Source: Candidatus Caldarchaeum sp. (lineage in GTDB: Archaea; Thermoproteota; Nitrososphaeria_A; Caldarchaeales; Caldarchaeaceae). From it: a DNA stretch of 24,842 nt. Where the stretch lies: NCBI GenBank assembly GCA_038844785.1, contig JAWBRA010000025.1:1-24842 (forward strand), read 5' to 3'. Below the pieces are notes generated by a model. The model saw only the letters and a program-made list of their open reading frames with translations. It did no database searches and was not told the DNA's origin. Position numbers and translations under genes: made by a program. This document shows positions 15,701 through 23,702 of the stretch, in pieces. How positions within the stretch are numbered: the first letter of the stretch is position 1; every line of letters begins with the position of its first letter.

Positions 15701-17697
15701 TAGCCGGAGTCGTCGACATAAAAGCAGCCGCCGAACAGGCGAGGAAGCTACCCTACGTCGCCTACGTGGACGACCAGAAGTTCTCATGCTCAGGCGCTGG
15801 AACAAAGTATATCGAGAACGTGATAAGGGAGAAGAAGCTTAACAGGGTTGTTGTCGCCGCCTGCTCGCCTAAAACACACAGCCCAACCTTCATGAGAGCC
15901 TGCGCACGCGCCGGCCTCAACCCATACCTCTTCGAGATGGCCAACATACGCAACCTCAACTCATGGGTTCACAAAAACCAGCCCGCTGAAGCGACGGAGA
16001 AAGCGGTGGACCTTATAGGGATGGCCGTCAGAAAAGTGGCCCTACAAACCCCGTTGACCAAGCTGAAGTCAAACGTCGTGCAAAAGGCCTTGGTAATAGG
16101 AGGCGGCGTGGCAGGCATGACCGCAGCCACGGTCTTGGCGAACATGGGCTTCGAAACACATCTCGTCGAAAAAGAGAGGCAGCTGGGCGGGCTTCTCAGA
16201 TACTTGAAAGAGATAGCGCCTTCAGGGTTGGATGCTCAACGCTTCCTCCGCTGGAAGATGATGCAGCTGGAGAGGTCTGGTGCGAAAATCCATCTTGGCA
16301 CCGAGGTGACTTCGGTGACAGGGTTTGTGGGCAACTATCATGTCACGCTCTCCAACGGTGAAGAGCTTGACGTAGGCGCTGTGATAATTGCGACAGGTGG
16401 GAAACCCCATGAACCCAGCTGGCCCGGCACAGCAGCGAACGGCATGCATGTTACGACGCTGATGAACTACGAGCTGGAAGGAGTGCCCGACAACGCGCGG
16501 AACATAGCTTTCGTGGGATGCGTTGGCTCACGCAACCAGAACAGAGGCTGCTCAAGATACTGCTGCCAAACCATCATCTACCACGCCCTCAAGCTCAGGA
16601 GAGCCGGCAAAAACGTCTCAGTCTTCGTCAAAGACGTTAGGACGTACAGCAGGGGTGCTGAAGAGCTTTACAGAAAGGCCTGCGAGGAGGGGGTGAGGTT
16701 TATCAGGGTAGGTCAAGAGAAGCCGATAGAGGAGCTGGTTCAGATAGGTGACGGGAGTCTGACCGCTTACGACATCGTTTCAGGCGAGACGGTAAGCATA
16801 CCCGCCGACTATGTTGTCTTAGCGACCGCGCTAGACCCGCCGGCGGAGATAACAGCAGCGCAGCATCTCCGAGTCGCCAAAGACTCGGAAGGATTCTTCC
16901 TCGAGCTCCATCCAAAGCTGGGGCCTGTCGAATCCATAACGGGCGGAGTGTTCCTCGCAGGGGTTGCCCAAGGGCCGAAGGACGTGAGGGAGAGCGTGTC
17001 GCAGGGCTTGGCGGCCGCCGCTAAAGCCGCAGCGCTTCTTTCGTCTCCACAGCTTGAGAAAGAACCCTTCATCCCCGTCATCAACACGCAGAGATGCACT
17101 AAATGCATGCGATGCGCCGAGGTCTGTCCATACGGAGCAATCAAAGGCGAGAGGGGGAAGTGGATAGAGGTTGTGCCAGGGCTGTGCGAGGGATGTGGAG
17201 CTTGCGTCGCCGAATGCAACGTCGAAGGCGCGATAACGATGCCAGGCTTCACAGACGAGCAGATAATAGCCCAGATAGACGCAGCCCTAGCCGAGAACCC
17301 GCAGGACAAAGTGATAGTCTTCGCATGCAACTGGTGCAGCTACGCGGGAGCAGACCTCGCAGGCATCCTCAAGATACAGTACCCAGCCTCAAACAGGGTC
17401 ATACGCACGATGTGTTCGGCGAGGGTTTCGCAGAAGTTCATCCTCCACGCCTTCGAGAAAGGAGCTGGAGCCGTGTTCGTCACAGGCTGCTGGCCACAGG
17501 ACTGCCACTACAACTACGCCAACCTCAACACAAAGAAACGCTACGAACGCTGGCTGAGAATCATACAAGCCCGTAAGATAGACCCGAAGAGATTGCAGCT
17601 GCACTGGATAAGCGCGGCCGAGGCGAAGAGGTTTGCTGAGAAGATGAACGAGGCCCATCAGGTGGTGATGAGCTTGAAGAAAGAGGTGAGCGGCTAA
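12733..17697 (+). CDS. hdrA: Intein-containing tandem HdrA-like flavo-Fe/S protein fused to an MvhD-like domain (1654-aa precursor, ~1124 aa spliced)
   Basis: Two FAD Rossmann motifs (GGGIAG, GGGVAG), DKNFPTMDC, ferredoxin motifs, CSRVCC/CSRYCC and an HdrA N-domain (GVFICHCG...ACSP...MANIR) in the middle. The C-terminus is MvhD-like (FACNWCSYAGAD...MCSARV...GCWPQDCHY). Confidence 0.93.
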   Translation: MKMADAVLVIGGGIAGVQASLDLAKAGAKVYLVEKSPVIGGRMAALDKNFPTMDCSICMPGDTDIILGDGSIVPIRDLVERFEHGDFNPHPPETFSFDGNTVSLRPIVAGQKLPYSYNLIEITTATGGRLRFTPDHKILVDDENGPAWREASKLRVGDMLYAPRKLGPKKSQPRYVIDLLPKEFIVVDDDINNRVRKELKKKFGSLTKAAVKLSLKRGHLDSRRGLSISELERVAEALGFSWENLKVRVKSITYQGAHGPVRLRKTRIDEDMAYLLGLLAADGSLSRKEIKFYNTNKSLIRIYVKIYRRLFPGKRCWINVQTGGGKRWKKRMAVRCKNRVLLSIAQKLDIGGGLKPLFPLDEKIVSSFLRGYFDGDGTVKITRWRGWSSFKITFNLGKDRYEHAKGLQLLLKRLGIISKLYTYEDRVLLDISEREDVARFSSIVRSNHPFKRRRLLEANKASKLPRKMGGLFEQLPLECGRLIRFLMDRYRIPLKRLPLSRSNLLRVTRQECRITRVNLRRVINVLRRYVRPDDKDFIKLNQLCNSSFFLDQVKEVKVVPSKEDYVYDITVDGVHNFIPEGIFTVSNCIEAPKLSEVMQSRNIKVLTLSDVVEVSGGPGNFRVKVRQRPRYVTDECTRCGDCVPACPVILKNEFDVGMGARKAIYLPFDQAEPGAYVIDIENCLNKPPNYLPCNRCVEACGPKCIDFEMKEKTHELEVGAIIVAAGSDLFDASLIPEFSYGRHPDILTAMELERLLQSSGPSRGEVIKPSDHQHPEKVAFILCVGARDKRFYSFCSRVCCMYSIKEALQLVDHGIKNVTVFYMDIRAYGKGFDEMFERARNSGVRFVRSRPGRIIPNGHGIDVFYEDTTSGELRRETFDMVVLSTALTPSEELRKLADTLGIEVGEDGFIKSYEVDGDFVGTSREGIYVCGCASGPKDIPDSVTEAGAAAAKALTHLTAKSLEPEVYEETIDPSGEPRVGVFICHCGSNIAGVVDIKAAAEQARKLPYVAYVDDQKFSCSGAGTKYIENVIREKKLNRVVVAACSPKTHSPTFMRACARAGLNPYLFEMANIRNLNSWVHKNQPAEATEKAVDLIGMAVRKVALQTPLTKLKSNVVQKALVIGGGVAGMTAATVLANMGFETHLVEKERQLGGLLRYLKEIAPSGLDAQRFLRWKMMQLERSGAKIHLGTEVTSVTGFVGNYHVTLSNGEELDVGAVIIATGGKPHEPSWPGTAANGMHVTTLMNYELEGVPDNARNIAFVGCVGSRNQNRGCSRYCCQTIIYHALKLRRAGKNVSVFVKDVRTYSRGAEELYRKACEEGVRFIRVGQEKPIEELVQIGDGSLTAYDIVSGETVSIPADYVVLATALDPPAEITAAQHLRVAKDSEGFFLELHPKLGPVESITGGVFLAGVAQGPKDVRESVSQGLAAAAKAAALLSSPQLEKEPFIPVINTQRCTKCMRCAEVCPYGAIKGERGKWIEVVPGLCEGCGACVAECNVEGAITMPGFTDEQIIAQIDAALAENPQDKVIVFACNWCSYAGADLAGILKIQYPASNRVIRTMCSARVSQKFILHAFEKGAGAVFVTGCWPQDCHYNYANLNTKKRYERWLRIIQARKIDPKRLQLHWISAAEAKRFAEKMNEAHQVVMSLKKEVSG
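12904..14493 (+). mobile_element. 530-aa intein with LAGLIDADG homing endonuclease
   Basis: Block A CMPGDTDI, block B LRFTPDHKIL, LAGLIDADG motifs YLLGLLAADG and FLRGYFDGDG, block F/G YVYDITV...HNF...VSN followed by +1 Cys. Removal restores DCSI-CIEAPK. Confidence 0.95.
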
Positions 17698-17698
17698 A

Positions 17699-18838
17699 AT
17701 GATGCCTGCCTACGAGGAGCTCCTCAACGACAAATCGCTGTCTGAAAGCATAAACGCATGCTTCCAGTGTGGAGCATGCACAGCGGCATGCCCGCTCAAC
17801 ATGTTCAACGGTGTAAGACTAAGCCCTCGGCAGATGCTTAGACGGATGCAGCTGGGTCTTCCCACAAACATCGACCCATACCTCTGCATGATGTGCAGGG
17901 CGTGCGAAGCTGTTTGCCCGAGAGGCGTTAAGGTTTCAGAGGTAATCACCGCGTTGAGGAAAATCTGGTTCAAGCAAAACAGAACCCCCGCACCGCTCAC
18001 GCAGGCCCTTTGGAGGGTCTATGAAGAAGGCAACCCATGGGGATATTCCTCCCGCCTGAGAGGACGCTGGCTAGACGGCCTTAACGCAAACATAGCAGGG
18101 AGAAAGAGCGAAACACTCCTATACATCGGATGCATATCATCCTACGACATACGTCTCCAGCGAATAGCCAAGGCCGTAGCCCAGCTGTTGCTCAAAGCTG
18201 GAGTTGACTTCACGGTTCTAGGCCAGGAGGAGAGATGCTGTGGAGACTCGATCTATAACACAGGCGAGACAGACTTTCTCGAAGAACTCGTACAGGAAAA
18301 CATCGGCAAATTCAACGCATACGGCGTCAAGAGAATCATCGCAATCTCACCCCACTGCCTGAGAATGTTCCGCGACATATACCCGCGATACGGCGGGGAA
18401 TACGAAGCACTACATTATACAGAGTTTCTCACCGAACTCCTCGACAGCGGCCGGCTAGTCGTCAACGCCAGCCTTATCGTTAAAGCAACCTACCACGACC
18501 CCTGCTACCTCGGCAGGTACATGAAGATATACGAGCAGCCGAGAAAGCTCATAGAAAACGTCAAAGGACTGTCGTTCGAGGAGATGAAGCTGTCGAAGGA
18601 GCTGGCCCTCTGCTGCGGCGGTGGAGGAGGCCGTATACTGATGGAGTCCAAGCCTGAGGAAAGGCCGTCAAACCTAAGGGTGAGACAGGCTGCGGAGACG
18701 GGTGCGGAAATCCTTGTGACAACATGCCCCTACTGCATAGTAAACTTCGAAGACTCGGCGAAGATCCAGAGAACACCCGTAAAGGTGATGGATTTGGCTG
18801 AGCTTCTCTACGGGGCGGCGGGCGGTCAGCTTGGGTGA
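17699..18838 (+). CDS. HdrD/GlpC-like Fe-S oxidoreductase (2x[4Fe-4S] plus 2 CCG domains)
   Basis: CFQCGACTAACP, CMMCRACEAVCP, GNPWG, ERCCG...SPHC, YHDPC...CCGGGGG...TCPYC. Confidence 0.9.
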   Translation: MMPAYEELLNDKSLSESINACFQCGACTAACPLNMFNGVRLSPRQMLRRMQLGLPTNIDPYLCMMCRACEAVCPRGVKVSEVITALRKIWFKQNRTPAPLTQALWRVYEEGNPWGYSSRLRGRWLDGLNANIAGRKSETLLYIGCISSYDIRLQRIAKAVAQLLLKAGVDFTVLGQEERCCGDSIYNTGETDFLEELVQENIGKFNAYGVKRIIAISPHCLRMFRDIYPRYGGEYEALHYTEFLTELLDSGRLVVNASLIVKATYHDPCYLGRYMKIYEQPRKLIENVKGLSFEEMKLSKELALCCGGGGGRILMESKPEERPSNLRVRQAAETGAEILVTTCPYCIVNFEDSAKIQRTPVKVMDLAELLYGAAGGQLG

Positions 18839-19805
18839 GATATGGACCTTCGTGGAGATAGGGCCTGAAGGCGTTGAAGACGTCTCGCTGGAGATAATGG
18901 GGAAGGCCGCTACGCTGGCGGCTGAAAGCGGTAGGAAGACAGCTGCGGTCGTTACAGGCTGGAAGGTAGATGAAATCGTCCAAGAGGCCGCGAAATACCC
19001 CGTCGACAAAGTCTTCTACGTAGAACACAGCTCGCTCGCCACATACGACCCTTCTAAACACGCCAAAGCCCTACACCAGCTAGTCGAGAAAGAAAAACCT
19101 GAGATGATATTCTTCGGAGCAACCTACACGGGGGCCGACATAGCCTCACGTCTCGCCGTAAGGACTGGGGCAGGCCTGATAGCCCATGTAACATACCTCG
19201 GCATAGACCCCGTCGACGGAAGGCTTGTCGGCCACGTTCCAGGCTTCGGAGGAAGCATCGTAGCCGTCTGCAAATGCAGGCCAAACACCCTGCAGATAGC
19301 CACAGTCAGGCCGGGCGTCTTCGAGAAACCCAAAACAACCAACAAAACAGCGGAAGTTGTAAAATTCACTCCAGGACTCGACCCAGCTGAACCGGGGTGG
19401 ATAGTCCTCGACAGAAAGGTTGCGAAAACGGTTGACGTCACGAGAGCTGAGAAAGTTGTTGTAGCAGGCATGGGGACTGGCGGAGACCTGACGTTAGTCA
19501 AAAAGCTTGCCGACAGGCTGGGGGCTCAGCTGGCTGTGACAAGACCGCTTGCAGACATCGGCGTAGCTCCGAGAGACGTTCAGGTCGGTTCGACAGGAAT
19601 AAGCTTGAGGTCAAAAGCCGCTCTAGTCCTCGGCGTCAGCGGAGCATCACATTTCGTCTCAGGCATCCAAGACGTAAAAACAGTAATCTCAGTCAACACC
19701 GACAGAAACGCCCCGATATTCCAGTTCTCCGACTACTGTGTTCAAGCCGACCTGTTCAAAATCGTTCCAAAGCTCATCGAACACGCTGGGAGGGGAGGTG
19801 GATAG
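18831..19805 (+). CDS. etfA: Electron transfer flavoprotein alpha subunit
   Basis: PGFGG, ATVRPG, TRP..D, QVGSTG, GVSGA, NTDRNAPIF..SDY...DL. Confidence 0.9.
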   Translation: MGEIWTFVEIGPEGVEDVSLEIMGKAATLAAESGRKTAAVVTGWKVDEIVQEAAKYPVDKVFYVEHSSLATYDPSKHAKALHQLVEKEKPEMIFFGATYTGADIASRLAVRTGAGLIAHVTYLGIDPVDGRLVGHVPGFGGSIVAVCKCRPNTLQIATVRPGVFEKPKTTNKTAEVVKFTPGLDPAEPGWIVLDRKVAKTVDVTRAEKVVVAGMGTGGDLTLVKKLADRLGAQLAVTRPLADIGVAPRDVQVGSTGISLRSKAALVLGVSGASHFVSGIQDVKTVISVNTDRNAPIFQFSDYCVQADLFKIVPKLIEHAGRGGG

Positions 19806-19806
19806 G

Positions 19807-20592
19807 TTGAACATAGTTGTCTGCGTCAAAGTCGTTCCCAAAGTTGACCAAGTCAGGTTCGACCCTGTCACGAAAACTGTTGACAGAACGTCGGCTGAGA
19901 ACGAGCTCAACGAAGCTGATAAAAACGCCTTGGAGACGGCGTTGCAGCTCAAAGAGAAACATGGTGGGAAGGTTGCTGTTGTGTCTATGGGGCCGCCTTT
20001 CTTCGAACCCTTCCTCAAAATATGTGTGGCCATGGGAGCTGACGACGCGGTTCTTTTGTCCGACAAAGCCTTCGCAGGAGCCGACACCTACGCCACATCA
20101 TACGTGCTAGCCCAAGCGGTAAAGAAGCTGAAACCCGACCTCGTGCTATGCGGTGAAAGCACGTCGGACTCCGGAACAGCTCAGGTCCCGGCCCAGATGG
20201 CTGAATGGCTTAGATACCCAAACATCTCCTACGCGTCAAACGTAAGCGTTGACAACGGGTTCGTCGTGGCCAGACGTACCGTGAAAGGAGGGTATGAGGT
20301 TGTAAAAGCCCCTCTGCCAGCCGTGGTGTCTGTGGAGCTGGGCTCCAACACGCCGAGGTTTCCCGACTTCAAGAGGAAGAGATGGGCTGAAAGAGAGTTC
20401 AAAACAACCGTCTGGACATCCGCAGACCTCGAGCTCGACCTCTCCCTCGCAGGAAGGGCTGGGTCGAAGACCGATGTTGTGGAGCTTCAGTCCATAGCTC
20501 CGCCGCAGAGGCTTAGAAAGTTCTTGGAAGGCTCCGAAGACGAGATAGCCCAGACCATACTGAAGATAATCAAGGAAGCCGTCACGGAATAG
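19807..20592 (+). CDS. etfB: Electron transfer flavoprotein beta subunit
   Basis: NIVVCVKVVP, SMGPP, DKAFAGADTYATS, DSGTAQVP, NTPRFP. Start TTG 19807 (or GTG 19798) rather than the track's 19738. Confidence 0.92.
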   Translation: MNIVVCVKVVPKVDQVRFDPVTKTVDRTSAENELNEADKNALETALQLKEKHGGKVAVVSMGPPFFEPFLKICVAMGADDAVLLSDKAFAGADTYATSYVLAQAVKKLKPDLVLCGESTSDSGTAQVPAQMAEWLRYPNISYASNVSVDNGFVVARRTVKGGYEVVKAPLPAVVSVELGSNTPRFPDFKRKRWAEREFKTTVWTSADLELDLSLAGRAGSKTDVVELQSIAPPQRLRKFLEGSEDEIAQTILKIIKEAVTE

Positions 20593-20745
20593 CTACCTCA
20601 TACTACGCACAGCAACCCCCGTAAGCCTGTCCAACAACACATACCTTCCCGTCAGCGCGTCAAAGAGCTGTGAAAGCTCTTTCCCCCTGTCGTAGAGGTC
20701 TCTCCGGTCGGTTTTAGGCCCTGGCGAGAAGACGTCAGGTAACAC
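20593..20745 (-). pseudogene. Internally deleted archaeal ATPase remnant (50 aa)
   Basis: Manual translation VLPDVFSPGPKTDRRDLYDRGKELSQLFDALTGRYVLLDRLTGVAVRSMR*. The first part resembles the archaeal ATPase N-terminus (F.P.PK....DL(F/Y)DRE.EL) and the last part its C-terminal wing (G.Y...D); no Walker motifs. Confidence 0.6.
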
Positions 20746-20924
20746 CCCTGTTACCTACTATTATGCCTTCCTAACCGAACACTTGCAGAATTCCATAAAT
20801 TTAGGACAGCGGACAACACCCGTAAGAATCATTCAAGCTCATTTTGTCCACCTAACAACTCTTGAATTTTTGTTAGATGGATTAAACCATATTTTCGCAC
20901 AACTTCGTAAAACTGTAGCTCATG

Positions 20925-21938
20925 TTAGTCAAGGTACGGTTTAATGTCATCGACTACGATATATTCTGTACGTATCCTGTATCTGGTTTCTTCTAACGTG
21001 TTCAACAAAAGGTCAATAACTCCTCGAATTCGCTCTTCGTTTATATCAAGGATGCTAGCGATTTGTTCTGCGTGGGCTGTATTGTGAGGGATTATTGGTT
21101 CTAACTCAAACGGGTAGAAAGGCAAAGTGTTTAATTGTGTTCTATATTCCATTCTCTCGATGATTTGTGTGGTGAGTTTCTTGCCGGGCAACTGCCATAA
21201 TAGTGATATGGTTTGATAATAGCACAAAGCTAGGTTTACGTAAGCTTCGTATAATTGTCCAATGGTCGTGTTTATGGTATTTTTGTGCTTGTCGTAATAC
21301 GTCATCAATAATTTCCAAATGCTTCCGCAAATAAGAAGCGGTTACGGAATTGACATACTGATAATAGATAATCTTGATTAAACGTCCAACTTCGCCTATG
21401 TAATACTTGTCTGATTTTCCTAAACGATATTTTGGTCTCAGGTTTGACACTGAAATTCTTCATATTTTCCAACCCTTCGAGCACTATGTGAAAGCCCTGC
21501 TAAAGTTAGATTGGTAGGCCCATAATACTTCCCATGGTGAAAAATTCTTTCCGACGAACAAGCATGGAAAATATAACGAACTTAGCATGGTTAAGAAATT
21601 GCCCAGAGGGTAGAATGTAACCACATAACAGCTGCTCCGAAGAGAATTAAGCGCATGCCGTTGCAAGTCTCTGATTTTGCCCCAAAAGTAGTCAGGCGCG
21701 TTCGTACTTATTAGGCATATTACGTTACGGAGTGATAAATGAACCATGTTTGTAAGTCATTCTATCAAATTTGCATTATAATGAATTACTGATGGTGAAA
21801 TATTGAGAGTCGATATATAGAAAACTGCAGTAAAACATGTCCTAGCCTATGGCAAAAATTTATTCTTGTTTCTGTTCTATCAAACATGTTCCATAAATTT
21901 TCCAAAGTGTTATTGCTTTGAGGCTGCTTGATGAGCAC
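20925..21938 (-). pseudogene. AT-rich degraded gene(s) of unknown family
   Basis: Visibly AT-richer than the flanks. A run of same-strand ORF pieces (21786-21938, 21484-21747, 21142-21450, 20925-21308) is broken by stops and frameshifts. TTTTATATAA at 21961-21970 precedes GTG 21938. Confidence 0.45.
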
Positions 21939-22071
21939 GATGGTAGCTAACGGAGGAAAGTTATATAAAATTTCTACATGAGTTAAACAGCAGTTTCCAT
22001 CTCGTTCGTTTCCTAGGCGGCCGTGCCTCCAGTAACCACTTTTAACCGACTTCATGTGTCTATGGTGGGTT

Positions 22072-22764
22072 ATGGAGTGTTTTGTGGGGACTTCGGGCTG
22101 GTTTTATTCGTGGAACCCCGACGGAAGCCTCGACTGGTTCGTCAAAAACTCTGGTCTTAACGCTGTCGAGCTCAACATGAGCTTCTACCGCTTCCCCTTC
22201 CCAAGCATGGTTCGCTCGTGGGCTGTGAAGGGCGGTGGGCTGAGATGGAGCGTAAAAGCCAGCAGGTTGATAACCCACAACTATAAGTTCGGCGGGAAAG
22301 CTGAAAACCTTTGGGAAAAATTCAGAAAACTTTTCACACCGTTGGAGCAGCGGATAGATTTCTACCTCTTCCAGCTCCCTCCCACCATGACGCCCAAACA
22401 CCTGCCCGTCATCACAGCCTTCATCGAGAAAACAGGGCTAGGCCGCCGCTTCGCCCTCGAACCCCGCAACATCAAATGGTTCGACAAAACCGTCATCGAG
22501 AAAATCTCCACGCATCAAGCTACGTGGGTGAGCATAGACTCCCCCGACCATCCCCTCGACATCTACAACACAAACGGCATCGTCTACCTGCGGATGCACG
22601 GAAGAACAGCATGGTACTCCCACCACTACACCGACGAAGAACTCATCGAGGTCGTCGAAAAGATACACGTAGCAAAACCTGAGAAACTCTACGTGTTTTT
22701 CAACAACAACCATGCGATGCTCGCCAACGCCCGTAGGATGCTTGAGCTGTTGTCAGGGGTTTAG
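22072..22764 (+). CDS. DUF72 (YecE-like TIM barrel) protein
   Basis: VGTSGW.Y, VELNMSFYRFP, VKASRLITH, LFQLPP, ALEPR, YLRMHG, VFFNN. Confidence 0.92.
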   Translation: MECFVGTSGWFYSWNPDGSLDWFVKNSGLNAVELNMSFYRFPFPSMVRSWAVKGGGLRWSVKASRLITHNYKFGGKAENLWEKFRKLFTPLEQRIDFYLFQLPPTMTPKHLPVITAFIEKTGLGRRFALEPRNIKWFDKTVIEKISTHQATWVSIDSPDHPLDIYNTNGIVYLRMHGRTAWYSHHYTDEELIEVVEKIHVAKPEKLYVFFNNNHAMLANARRMLELLSGV

Positions 22765-23376
22765 GCCGAGTTTTGTGAGGATTTTTGTCCAGTCGAGTCT
22801 TGTCAGAAGGTAGACAGCCGCCAAGGCTGCGGCTGCCGTCGCCACCGCTATAAGGGTTACGTTGAGTATGTTGACTTCGCCGACTATGCATTCGACGATG
22901 TAGCATGCAAGGTCTCTCCAGTAAAGTGAAAGGTAGGCGACGGCCGTTGTGATCAACAGCTTTCCCATGAAGACTGTTGGGAGGAAGAGCCTGCTGCTGT
23001 AGTTGGCTAAAGCCAATAGAACGAAGACTACGTCGTCTGGCAGAGGTGTAGCGGCGGCGCCCACAACCGCCAGCCAGCCGTGCTTCGACACAATCCTCTC
23101 CAAAGGCTCCATCCTTCTACGCGTTTCATCGCTCAACAACACACGCCCGCTCTTGAAGAACCGGAAAAGTATCAGCTTGGCTAAAGCAGCTCCAGCCGCG
23201 CTAGACAAAGCCGTGGGAAGAGGCTCAAGCCGTCCAGCCATCACCGCTATTATTATCGGCGGGATGTAGGGGCCTGAGACGAAGGGGAGAAGGCTTCCCA
23301 AAAGGCTGGCTCCGAAAACGCCCGCATACCCGTAAGCCGTCAGACCGTTCCAGAAATCAGCAGAGAAGAAATCCAT
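22753..23376 (-). CDS. VTT/DedA (SNARE-associated) family membrane protein
   Basis: YGYAGVF.ASLLGS.LPF...PY, AATPLPDD, F..TVFMGK. Confidence 0.85.
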   Translation of the reverse strand: MDFFSADFWNGLTAYGYAGVFGASLLGSLLPFVSGPYIPPIIIAVMAGRLEPLPTALSSAAGAALAKLILFRFFKSGRVLLSDETRRRMEPLERIVSKHGWLAVVGAAATPLPDDVVFVLLALANYSSRLFLPTVFMGKLLITTAVAYLSLYWRDLACYIVECIVGEVNILNVTLIAVATAAAALAAVYLLTRLDWTKILTKLGLNP

Positions 23377-23533
23377 GCCAGCCTTTACAGCTGGGTTCGG
23401 CCCAGCGGCTATTAAAGACTATCTGAAACATATTAAAGACCAGCTAACTTTAAGGCTGTAGAACTCTCAATCTTTTAGTGTCAAATATTTGCCAGTTATC
23501 TCTCATACGATATATTCTCCAGGCTTCGATAAA

Positions 23534-23567
23534 CCCCTCGACGCCGGTTCGAACCCGGCCCGCGTTA
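23534..23567 (+). other. Degenerate tRNA 3'-half (Gln-like); possible att-site remnant
   Basis: CCCCT-CGAC-GCCGG-TTCGAAC-CCGGC-CCGCGTT-A reads as anticodon 3' strand, 4-nt variable loop, intact T arm and acceptor-like strand. No 5' half upstream. Confidence 0.6.
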
Positions 23568-23702
23568 CTGCATACAATAAAGTTGGTGAATAACGGTCTA
23601 AAAAGACGATAAAACCGTTGAAGCCGTTAAGCCATAAACTCCCAATTTTTTATACATCCCATAATCTCGGGAGAGCCCGTCCCGTTCAGCCTTCATTGAT
23701 GT

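Noticed and set aside
12733-18838. Selenocysteine recoding or methanogenesis in the Hdr/MvhD genes
   Set aside because: No in-frame TGA; the motifs use Cys. No hdrB/C, mvhA/G or mcr in the window.
5400-20592. Numerous overlapping alternative-frame and antisense ORFs (e.g. 11405-12019, 12392-12946, 16809-17330, 17103-17576)
   Set aside because: They overlap well-supported genes and lack recognisable motifs; expected from codon bias.
23534-23567. Functional tRNA or split-tRNA half
   Set aside because: No D arm or 5' acceptor strand, no GC-rich pairing leader, and a degenerate-looking acceptor strand. Kept only as a remnant.
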